DNA of 41,651 nt, from positions 8,781-50,431 of the forward strand of contig CAYTXA010000001.1 of assembly GCA_964440865.1 (NCBI GenBank), read 5' to 3'. A model generated the notes under the pieces. The model was not told where the DNA came from. It saw only the letters and a list, made by a program, of their open reading frames with translations, and did no database searches. The stretch is from an uncultured Muribaculaceae bacterium. GTDB lineage: Bacteria; Bacteroidota; Bacteroidia; Bacteroidales; UBA932. Numbering within the stretch: position 1 is the first letter of the stretch; every line of letters starts with the position of its first letter. Made by a program: the position numbers and the translations under genes. This document shows positions 27,539-37,100 of the stretch, piece by piece.

Positions 27539-29544
27539 TGGCAGGCAAGATCTACGATTCCGACCCGTATCTTGAGCCGTTCAAGGGCGCGATCGACGCG
27601 CGGTCGGAGAGGATCGGGAAGCTCCGCAGCAAGATTGCCGCGGGAGGCACGCTTTCCGGAGGCGTCAACAACGAACTCTACTACGGCCTGCACAGGGAGA
27701 AGGACGGTTCATGGGTCTTCCGTGAGTGGGCCCCGAATGCGAGGAGGATATTCCTTGTCGGGGAATTCAACAACTGGAAGCGAACGCCTGCCTATGAGCT
27801 GAAACCTCTGGGACATGGAGACTGGGAAGTGCGCCTTCCGTCAATGTTCATACACCATGGCGAGCTGTACAAGATCTACATAGAATGGCCCGGCGGAGGC
27901 GGGGAGAGGATTCCTGCCTATGCCACAAGGGCTGTGCAGGACCCCGTGAGCAAGATTTTCTGCGCCCAGGCATGGGACCCTGCCGAGAAATATGTCTGGA
28001 AGAACCCGCGTCCCGGCGCCCGTCCGCACCCGCTCATCTACGAATGCCACATCGGCATGAGCTCCGAGGAGCCGAAGGTCGCCTCTTTCGACGAATTCCG
28101 CCGGAATGTCCTGCCCCATATCGCCTCCTGCGGCTATGACACCATCCAGATCATGGCCCTCCAGGAGCATCCCTACTATGGATCGTTCGGTTATCAGGTC
28201 TCGAACTTCTTCGCCCTTTCGTCCCGTTTCGGCACTCCCGAGGAGTTCAAGAGACTCGTCGACGAGGCGCACGGGATGGGAATTGCGGTCGTCATGGACC
28301 TTGTCCATTCACACAGCGTGGACAACGTCGCCGAAGGGCTCAGCCTGTTCGACGGCAGGGAAGACGACATGTACTTCTACGGCGGACCCCAGGGTCACCA
28401 TCCCGCGTGGGGATCCCGCTGCTTCGACTACGGCAAGGATTCCACGATCTACTTCCTGCTGAGCAACTGCAAGTTCTGGATGCAGGAATACATGCTGGAC
28501 GGGTTCCGTTTCGACGGGGTCACGAGCATGCTGTACTGGGACCATGGTCTCGGGAAGGCATTCGGGGACTACAAGCTGTACTTCGACTCCGGAGTGGACG
28601 AGAACGCAGTCACCTACCTTGCTCTCGCCAATATCCTGATCCATGAGATCTATCCCGACGCGATCACGATCGCGGAGGACGTGAGCGGCATGCCAGGGCT
28701 CGCGGCGCCGCTGGAAAAGGGCGGCGTGGGCTTCGACTTCCGCATGGCCATGGGAATAGCGGACCACTGGATAAAGTGGATCAAGGAGAAGAAAGACGAG
28801 CAGTGGAGCCCCGGAGAGATGTGGTACGAGCTGACGAACAAGCGTGCCGACGAAAGCACGGTCAGCTATGCGGAGTGCCACGACCAGGCTCTCGTGGGCG
28901 ACAAGACCATAATTTTCCGGCTCATGGACAAGGAAATGTACACATCCATGAACACGGAATCGAAGAACCCGATCGTCGACCGAGGGATCGCTCTCCACAA
29001 GATGATCCGCCTCGTGACGATGGCAACCTCCGGCGGGGGATACCTGAATTTCATGGGAAACGAGTTCGGGCATCCCGAATGGATAGATTTCCCGCGCGAG
29101 GGGAACGGCTGGTCGTACAAGTACGCACGCCGGCAGTGGAGCCTCTGCAAGCCGGACTATCTCCGCTACAGCTATTTGCTGGCATTCGACAAGGCCATGA
29201 TAGGGCTTGCCAGAAAGTTCTCCCTGCTGGACAGCACGCCCGTTCTCCTGACTGCCGACGAGCAGAAGAATATATTGATTTTCAGCCGGAAAAATCTTAT
29301 CTTTGCCTTCAACTTCAACCCCGTGTCTTCGTACTCGGACTATGGATTCTCCGCCCCTGAAGGCACGTACAGGCTCATTATGGATTCGGACGAGAAGCGA
29401 TTCAACGGATTCTCCCGCCTGTCTCCCGGAGAAGAGCATGTATCGATGCCTGTCAAGAGTCCCAACGGGAATCCCGCCTTCGACCACACGCTTGAACTCT
29501 ACCTTCCGAGCCGCTGCGCTCTTGTGCTTGAAAAACAGAAGTAG
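27538..29544 (+). CDS. glgB: 1,4-alpha-glucan branching enzyme (GH13, GH13_8-like)
   Basis: Motifs FREWAPNA, IYECHIGM, YYGSFGYQV, GFRFDGVTSM (nucleophile), IAEDVSG and YAECHDQ; TGATG coupling with xseB. Confidence 0.95.
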   Translation: MAGKIYDSDPYLEPFKGAIDARSERIGKLRSKIAAGGTLSGGVNNELYYGLHREKDGSWVFREWAPNARRIFLVGEFNNWKRTPAYELKPLGHGDWEVRLPSMFIHHGELYKIYIEWPGGGGERIPAYATRAVQDPVSKIFCAQAWDPAEKYVWKNPRPGARPHPLIYECHIGMSSEEPKVASFDEFRRNVLPHIASCGYDTIQIMALQEHPYYGSFGYQVSNFFALSSRFGTPEEFKRLVDEAHGMGIAVVMDLVHSHSVDNVAEGLSLFDGREDDMYFYGGPQGHHPAWGSRCFDYGKDSTIYFLLSNCKFWMQEYMLDGFRFDGVTSMLYWDHGLGKAFGDYKLYFDSGVDENAVTYLALANILIHEIYPDAITIAEDVSGMPGLAAPLEKGGVGFDFRMAMGIADHWIKWIKEKKDEQWSPGEMWYELTNKRADESTVSYAECHDQALVGDKTIIFRLMDKEMYTSMNTESKNPIVDRGIALHKMIRLVTMATSGGGYLNFMGNEFGHPEWIDFPREGNGWSYKYARRQWSLCKPDYLRYSYLLAFDKAMIGLARKFSLLDSTPVLLTADEQKNILIFSRKNLIFAFNFNPVSSYSDYGFSAPEGTYRLIMDSDEKRFNGFSRLSPGEEHVSMPVKSPNGNPAFDHTLELYLPSRCALVLEKQK

Positions 29545-29563
29545 TCAATAATACAACTATCAG

Positions 29564-31504
29564 ATGGCATTTTTGAAATTCAACAAAGCCGAACTTGTGA
29601 ACCTGTCCTACTCGCTCAGGAGGGAGATAATCCTGGCGAACAAGACGGGCGCCTATTGCAACACTTCCATAGTGACGTGCAATACCCGCCGCTATCACGG
29701 CCTCCTGGCCGTGACGGTGGACGCCTTCGGAGAAGGCAAATATCTGCTCCTGTCGTCGGTCGACGAAAGTCTTGTCGTCGCCGGCAAACAGTTCAACCTG
29801 GGCATCCATTGCTATGGAGATGTCTATGAGCCCAGGGGCCACAAGTACATCGTGGATTTCCAGGCCGACCCTGTGCCCCAGATAACCTACAGGGTAGGAG
29901 ATATCTTCTTCCGCAAGAGCATCGTGCTCGCGGATGACAATGACCAGGTTCTGGTCAAGTATGAGCTGCTCTCCGCTCCCGAAGACGTTACCCTGATCCT
30001 GAAGCCGTTCCTGGCCTTCAGGAGCGTCCACTCCCTGACCCAGGAGAATCCTGCGGCACGGACGGGATGCACGCCGGTGGACGGCGGAGTCGCCTTCAAC
30101 ATGTACGAAGGCTTCCCCGACCTGAACATCCAGCTCAGCAGCAGGAAGGCTTCCTACAAGCATGCGCCCGTCTGGTACAAGAATGTCACCTATTCCGATG
30201 AGGCCCGCCGCGGGTTCCCGTGCAGGGAAGACCTGCTGGCGCCCGGAACATTTGAGCTTACGATGAAACCCGGCGATTCTCTGGTGCTGTCGGCATCCGT
30301 GAATGTTGCCAGCCCTGCCGGTCTCAAGCGCAGGTTCACGTCCATTTCCGCCGCGCACGGAAAGATCCGCTCCTACCACGACCAGCTTGCCTACTGGGCA
30401 AACGTCTTCAAGACGAACCGCAACGGGCACAAGCAGATAACTGCCGGATTCTCATGGCTCTACACGGGCCTTCTCAGGGAGACGCTCTACACGTTGCCCA
30501 GCATCACGCTGCTCTGCGACAACAATGCCGCTGAGTTCGAGGAGATCCTGGACAACCTGATCGCTGACAACCAGGAGAGGCTGTACCGCAGGACGACCCA
30601 GGTTGAGGCTCCGCTCCGCATTGCCGGCGTGCTCCAGCAGTATATCAGGTGGGGCGCCGACCCGAAGCATGTCTGGGACAAGTATGGTCGCCTGCAGAAA
30701 GACGTCATCGCAAGCTACGCTCCTGGAGTCCGCGCAGAGGTTGCGCTCCAGCCGAACGGACTGCTCTGGGCCCAGAAGGACGGAGTCGCACTTTCCTGGA
30801 TGAATGCCTACTGCAATGGCCGCCCGGTTACGGAAAGGGCCGGCTATCAGGTGGAGACAAACGCCTTCTGGTACAACAGCATCTGCTTCGCCCTCGAGAT
30901 GGAACAGAAATACGGCAAGAAGAATTCGGAATTCGTGGCCGAGTGGACTCCGGTCAGGGATCTGATCGAGAAGAACTACATGCCGACATTCTGGAATCCC
31001 GACCTTAGGTATCTTGCCGACTATGTCGACATGAACGGCCAGCACATGGAAGTGCGCCCGAACATGCTCTATGCAATCTGGGTGGATTATTCCCCGGTGG
31101 ATGCCGAGGTCATGCGCCGAGTCATGCAGATCATCGACAACGAACTTGTCACGAGCCGTGGCATCAGGACGCTGTCCCCGAGGGATCCCAACTACAAGGG
31201 CGTCTATGAAGGCACGCAGGAGCAGCGCGACCTCGCCTACCACCAGGGGAGCTCGCGCCCGTCGCTCCTTGGTCCATATATCGAAGTGGCTTTCCGCATG
31301 AAGGGCGCCTCATTCTGCAAGAAGGCCGAATGGCTTGTCGAGGGCTTCGCCGAAGACCTGAACAAGCACGGGGTAGGAGCGTTTGCGGAACTCTACGATG
31401 GAGATCCGCCCCATGAGCCGCATGGAGCCATTGCGTCTGCGCTCAGCACGTCTTCGCTCCTGAAGGTCGATTATCTGTTGGAAAAATACAAGAAGGAGGA
31501 ATAG
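29564..31504 (+). CDS. Amylo-alpha-1,6-glucosidase / glycogen debranching enzyme-like (GDE_N + GDE_C)
   Basis: Motifs CNTRRYHGLL, LSWM, VE.NA.WYN, RPN, GIRTLSP.D..Y, AYHQG and ELYDGDPPH. Confidence 0.88.
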   Translation: MAFLKFNKAELVNLSYSLRREIILANKTGAYCNTSIVTCNTRRYHGLLAVTVDAFGEGKYLLLSSVDESLVVAGKQFNLGIHCYGDVYEPRGHKYIVDFQADPVPQITYRVGDIFFRKSIVLADDNDQVLVKYELLSAPEDVTLILKPFLAFRSVHSLTQENPAARTGCTPVDGGVAFNMYEGFPDLNIQLSSRKASYKHAPVWYKNVTYSDEARRGFPCREDLLAPGTFELTMKPGDSLVLSASVNVASPAGLKRRFTSISAAHGKIRSYHDQLAYWANVFKTNRNGHKQITAGFSWLYTGLLRETLYTLPSITLLCDNNAAEFEEILDNLIADNQERLYRRTTQVEAPLRIAGVLQQYIRWGADPKHVWDKYGRLQKDVIASYAPGVRAEVALQPNGLLWAQKDGVALSWMNAYCNGRPVTERAGYQVETNAFWYNSICFALEMEQKYGKKNSEFVAEWTPVRDLIEKNYMPTFWNPDLRYLADYVDMNGQHMEVRPNMLYAIWVDYSPVDAEVMRRVMQIIDNELVTSRGIRTLSPRDPNYKGVYEGTQEQRDLAYHQGSSRPSLLGPYIEVAFRMKGASFCKKAEWLVEGFAEDLNKHGVGAFAELYDGDPPHEPHGAIASALSTSSLLKVDYLLEKYKKEE

Positions 31505-31507
31505 AGT

Positions 31508-32794
31508 ATGAGAGTGTTAATGTTCGGATGGGAATTTCCTCCCCATATTGCGGGCGGACTCGGAACAGCGTGCTACGGCATAGTCAAGGGCCTGGCCTAT
31601 AACGGAGTGGACACCATTTTCGTGATGCCTTCCGCTTCCGGCGACGAGGACAAGAGCGTCAATATCGTCAACGCCAGCGACGTGGCGGTCGACACCGTCT
31701 CCGAGAATGTGGACGAGTTCCTCAACAAGGTAAAGTTCATCCATATCGGCACCAACATGGTTCCTTACGTCGGGCCTGAAGAATTCGGGAACGTGGTCGA
31801 GGAGGAGAGGCGCCGCCAGGAGAAGGATTTCCGTATCACATACGGCCACAAGTACCATTTCTCCGGAAAATACGGCTCCAACCTTCTCGAGGAGGTTGCC
31901 AGGTACGCGATGGTAGGAGGCACGATCGCCATGCAGCATGCAGGCGAATTCGATGTCATCCATGCCCATGACTGGCTCACCTATCTCGCCGGGATTGCCG
32001 CCAAGGAACTTTCCGGAAAGCCTCTTGTTGTCCATGTCCATGCCACGTCATTCGACCGCGGCACCGACGACATGGTCGACAGCAGGGTCTACGCTATAGA
32101 GAAGAGAGGCATGGAAGCTGCCGACAAGGTGGTGACCGTCAGCGACTTGACGAGAAACATAGTCATTACCAAATATGGAATAGACCCCGAAAAGGTCGTG
32201 ACTGTCCACAATGCCGTGGACTTCAGCGGCAGGGAGGATATCCAGGTCACGCGCGGAGTCAAGGACAAGGTCGTGACGTTCCTCGGCAGGATCACGTTCC
32301 AGAAAGGCCCGGAATATTTCATCGAGGCTGCAGCCAAGATCCTCAAGAGGACAAGCGGCGTGAGGTTCGTGATGGCCGGAAGCGGCGACATGATGAACCG
32401 CTGTATCCGCCACGTGGCAAGGCTGGGCATCTCCGACAGGTTCCACTTCACCGGATTCCTCCGCGGAAAAGAGGTCCAGAAGATGTTCGCTCTCTCCGAT
32501 GTGTATGTAATGCCTTCGGTATCTGAGCCTTTCGGCATTTCTCCCCTCGAAGCGATGAGGTCAAATGTCCCCTCCATCATTTCCCACCAGTCCGGAGCGG
32601 CTGAAGTGCTCAAGTACGCCTTCAAGGTGGACTTCTGGGATGTCGATGCGATGGCAGACGACATCTACGCCCTGCTGAAGTACCCGGCGCTGTCGCATTT
32701 TGCCGTAAGCCAGGGCTATGACGAGGTCAATACCCTCAAGTGGAACATCGCTACGGCACGCCTCAAGAAAGTATACGAATCGGTAATCAAATAA
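31508..32794 (+). CDS. GT4 glycosyltransferase of the glycogen locus
   Basis: Motifs GWEFPP...GGLG, HAHDWLT, FLGRIT.QKG and PSVSEPFGISPLEA. Confidence 0.92.
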   Translation: MRVLMFGWEFPPHIAGGLGTACYGIVKGLAYNGVDTIFVMPSASGDEDKSVNIVNASDVAVDTVSENVDEFLNKVKFIHIGTNMVPYVGPEEFGNVVEEERRRQEKDFRITYGHKYHFSGKYGSNLLEEVARYAMVGGTIAMQHAGEFDVIHAHDWLTYLAGIAAKELSGKPLVVHVHATSFDRGTDDMVDSRVYAIEKRGMEAADKVVTVSDLTRNIVITKYGIDPEKVVTVHNAVDFSGREDIQVTRGVKDKVVTFLGRITFQKGPEYFIEAAAKILKRTSGVRFVMAGSGDMMNRCIRHVARLGISDRFHFTGFLRGKEVQKMFALSDVYVMPSVSEPFGISPLEAMRSNVPSIISHQSGAAEVLKYAFKVDFWDVDAMADDIYALLKYPALSHFAVSQGYDEVNTLKWNIATARLKKVYESVIK

Positions 32795-32805
32795 AACACG
32801 ACGAT

Positions 32806-34131
32806 ATGAGCAAGAGTATCTGCCTCTATTTCCAGGTTCACCAGCCCACGAGGCTGAGACTATACAGGTTCTTTGATATCGGCAAGGACTCTCATTATTA
32901 CGATGACTTTGCCAACAGGACGATCCTGCGCAGGGTGGCCGACAAGTGCTACCTTCCGATGAACAGACTTCTCCTCGAGGAGATCGGCAAGCTCGGAGGA
33001 AAGCTCAAGGTTGCCTTCAGCATCTCCGGATCCGTCCTGGAGCAGTTCTCCCGCTATGCTCCCGACGTGCTGGATTCTTTCCGCGACCTAGCCAAGACCG
33101 GCTGCGTGGAGTTCCTGGCCGAGACATATTATCATTCCCTCGCTTCTCTTGCATCTCCGGCAGAGTTCCGCCGCCAGGTCGAGAAGCACAAGGCTGCCAT
33201 CAAGGAGTATTTTGGAGTGGAGCCCAAGGCATTCCGCAACACGGAACTGATATACTCCAACGCCATCGGCGAGCAGGTCTACGACCTGGGTTTCCGCACG
33301 ATGCTGACTGAAGGAGCGCGCCACATCATGGCTGAAAAGAGCCCCAACTACATCTACGTCAATCCGAAGAAACCCAGCCTGAAGCTCCTGCTCCGCAACT
33401 ATGCGCTCAGCGACGACATCGCTTTCCGTTTCTCGAACAGGGAGTGGAGCGACTGGCCTCTGGATGCCGGCAAATACCTCGGCTGGCTCAAGGCTTCCGA
33501 AGGCGACATCATCAACCTGTTTATGGACTACGAGACCTTCGGAGAACATCAGAAATCTGACAGCGGAATATTCGACTTCATGAAGTACTTGTTCGAGGAT
33601 GCCGTTGCGGACGGCTCCGTACGGTTTGTGACTCCGAGTGAGGCTGCAAAGGGGAACAAGGCTGTCGGACCGCTCGACGTCGCCGACCCGATTTCGTGGG
33701 CAGACGAGGAGCGCGACCTGACAGCATGGCTCGGAAACGAGCTCCAGCAAGATGCATACAACAAGCTCTATGCTCAGTATGAGAAGGTTGCCCTGCTGAA
33801 CGATTCTGCGCTCTGGAACGACTTCGGCCATCTGCAGGAGAGCGACCACCTCTACTACATGAGCACAAAATTCTTTTCTGACGGACTTGTCCACAAGTAT
33901 TTCAACCCGTACGACACTCCCTACGAGGCATTCATCAACTACATGAATGTTTTAAGCGACTTTATTGTCCGTGCCGATGACGCTATTTCGGTTTCAAATG
34001 TTAACTTTGCGACAAATGGGACTGCGGAAGCTCCCGCCCGGAAGGCATCTGAGCCGAAAAAGACTTCGGCCAGAAAGACCGCTCCGGCCAGGAAGCCCGC
34101 TTCGCCCCGTAAGTCAGTGAAGAAAAATTGA
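32806..34131 (+). CDS. GH57 family glycoside hydrolase (alpha-amylase-like)
   Basis: Motifs YFQVHQP, ETYYHSL, FRNTEL (nucleophile), FMDYETFGEH (acid/base) and LQESDH.YYM; start set at ATG 32806. Confidence 0.92.
   Translation: MSKSICLYFQVHQPTRLRLYRFFDIGKDSHYYDDFANRTILRRVADKCYLPMNRLLLEEIGKLGGKLKVAFSISGSVLEQFSRYAPDVLDSFRDLAKTGCVEFLAETYYHSLASLASPAEFRRQVEKHKAAIKEYFGVEPKAFRNTELIYSNAIGEQVYDLGFRTMLTEGARHIMAEKSPNYIYVNPKKPSLKLLLRNYALSDDIAFRFSNREWSDWPLDAGKYLGWLKASEGDIINLFMDYETFGEHQKSDSGIFDFMKYLFEDAVADGSVRFVTPSEAAKGNKAVGPLDVADPISWADEERDLTAWLGNELQQDAYNKLYAQYEKVALLNDSALWNDFGHLQESDHLYYMSTKFFSDGLVHKYFNPYDTPYEAFINYMNVLSDFIVRADDAISVSNVNFATNGTAEAPARKASEPKKTSARKTAPARKPASPRKSVKKN
34002..34009 (+). promoter_or_regulatory. 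Possible internal -7 box upstream of the synthase-phosphorylase gene
   Basis: TAACTTTG in an AT-rich patch inside the GH57 3' end; no clear -33 box. Confidence 0.35.
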
Positions 34132-37100
34132 TGACAGAAAAGAACCTATTATCACCCGACTACCTCTTCGAGGTAAGTTGGGAAGTCTGCAATAAAGTCG
34201 GCGGAATATATACCGTAATTGCCACCAAGGCGCTGTACCTCAAGTCACAGCTCGGTGACCACCATATCCTTATCGGTCCAGACGTGTGGATGAGCACTGA
34301 TGCGAATCCCGCGTTCGAGGAAGATCAGACCCTGTATTCGGAGTGGAAGGCTCAGGCTGCTGAGGAAGGGCTTCGCGTCCGTATCGGACACTGGAGCATT
34401 CCCGGCAAGCCTGTTGCCATCCTCGTGGATTTCAAGCAGATGATTTCCCGTATGGACGACATCCTGACCAACCTGTGGAAAGATTGGGGCGTAGATTCCC
34501 TGATGGGCAACTGGGACTATAAGGAGAATACCCTGTTCGGCGTCGTTGCAGGCAAGGTAATAGAAAGCTTCTACAGGCACAATCTTTCCCCGAAGGACAA
34601 GGTTGTGGCTCAGTTCCACGAGTGGCAGACCGGCGCCGGCCTGCTCTACATAAAGCACGTCAATATTCCCATCGCGACGGTCTTCACGACCCATGCGACC
34701 GTGGTCGGGCGCTGCATAGCCGGGAACGACCTGCCCCTCTACGACAACATGACCTCGTACAACGGGGACGAGATGGCCAGACGCTTCAATGTGGTCTCCC
34801 GCCATTCTCTCGAGAAGACGACAGCCCAAAATGCCGACGTATTCACGACCGTAAGCGACATTACGGCAAGGGAATGCAGCCAGTTCCTCGGCAGGAACGT
34901 GGATTTCGTCACTCCGAACGGTTTCGAAGGCGCGATTGCCCCTTCGAGCGAGGAAGATTACAGGAAAAAGAGGACGGCAGCACGTGAGAGACTTTCCCGC
35001 GTTGCGTTCGCCATGAGCGGAGACAACGTGGGGCAGAATGACGTATTTGTCTGTATAGGAGGACGTTACGAATACAGGAACAAGGGTATCGACGTGTTCC
35101 TGGATGCTTTCGGACAGCTGAAGAAGAAGGGATGGGCAGGATGCCAGATCCAGGCGTTCATCATGATCCCCGGAGGCCACAACGGCCCGGACCGTGAGCT
35201 CGCCGCCAAGCTGGACAAAGGCGAGAATCCCGACTACAGGACGCAGGTTTCCCATTCCCTCATGTATCCCGAGACTGACCAGATTTCCCGCCGCATGCGC
35301 GAGCTCGGGCTGGACAACGCGCTCGGAAGCAAGATCAAGGTCTATTTCGTGCCCTCATACCTCAACGGCGACGACGGAATCTTCAACATGAAGTACTACG
35401 ACCTGCTCGTGGGCATGGACCTTGCGCTTTTCCCGTCCTACTATGAGCCATGGGGCTACACCCCGCTCGAGGCCGCCGCTTTCTGCGTCCCGACTTTCAC
35501 GACGAGCCTTGCCGGTTTCGGAATGTGGATCAGGGAACACTATTCGAAGGCCTCCCATCCGGGAGTTGCCATCGCGGACAGGACGGATGCCAATTATTTC
35601 GATGTCGTCAATGCCGTCGTGGCACGCATAGAGGATGTTGCGTCTCTTAATGATGCGCAGCGCCAGGAATATTGCGAGAATGCCGCTGACGTGGCATCCA
35701 TAGCCCTCTGGAAGAATCAGATAAAGTACTACAACCGCGCATATGATGCCGCGCTAGACATAATCGATTCGAAGAGAGGCGATTATAGAGAAATCAAAGA
35801 AGAGAAGCATATGAACTACTCCAGAATAGAAATCAACCGTCCCACGTGGCAGAGCGTGATGGTCACCCGTCATCTGCCCAAGGCCCTCGAAGGACTCGAG
35901 CGCCTTTCGAAGAACCTCTGGTGGTGCTGGAACGACAGCGCCAAGGCTCTTTTCAAGAGCGTTGACAAGGAAATCTGGCACAAGACAGGCCATAACCCAA
36001 TGGCTCTTCTCGACACCGTCAGCCTCAAGCGCTTCAATGAGCTTGCCAAGGACTCCAACTTCCTCGGACAGCTCGCCGAGGTGATGGAAGAGTTCGACAC
36101 CTACATGGCAGCCAAGAAGGACAGGAAAGATCCCCAGATCGGATATTTCTGCATGGAGTACGGCCTCGATACTTCCCTGAAGATCTATTCCGGCGGTCTC
36201 GGCATCCTTGCCGGAGACTACCTGAAGGAGACCAGCGACATGAACGTCAACCTTGTCGCTGTCGGCTTTCTCTACCGCTATGGCTATTTCACCCAGGTGC
36301 TCACGGCACAGGGAGACCAGGTCGCACGCTATGATGCCGCGGACTTCATGAGGATTCCCGTCACCCCGGTCCTGAACGAGGACGGCAGCTGGGTTACCAC
36401 GAGCGTGGCTTTCCCCGGAAGGAACATAACCGCCAGGATATGGAAGGTAGCTGTCGGAAGGACTGACCTGTATCTGCTTGATACTGACTATGAAGCCAAC
36501 AACGACGAGGACAGGGCTGTTACCCACCAGCTCTACGGCGGCGACTGGGAGAACCGCCTCAAACAGGAACTCCTGCTCGGCATCGGCGGCATCCGCGCCC
36601 TGAGAAACCTCGGACTCAATCCCCAGATTTACCACTGCAACGAGGGACATGCCGCATTCATCGGCCTGGAACGCCTGCGCGAGTACATCCAGAAGGAGAA
36701 CCTTTCCTTCTCCGAGGCCCTCGAAGTCGTACGCTCATCGTCCCTGTTCACGACCCATACTCCTGTTCCCGCCGGACACGATGCCTTCGACGAAGGCCTG
36801 CTCCGCAAATATCTCGGACACGAGCCGGACGAGCTGAAGATCAGCTGGGAAGCCTTCATGGCTCTGGGAAAGCACCATCCCGAGGATCCGAACGAGAAGT
36901 TCAGCATGAGCATCCTTGCCGCCAACATCTCGCAGAATGTCAACGGAGTATCAAAGCTTCACGGCGAGGTCAGCCGCAAGATCTTCGCGGACATGTACCC
37001 AGGCTATCTGCCTGAGGAGCTGCATATTGGCTACGTCACCAACGGCGTACACTACCCGACATGGGCTTCCAAGGAGTGGAAGAAGGTCCATGCGCCGGTA

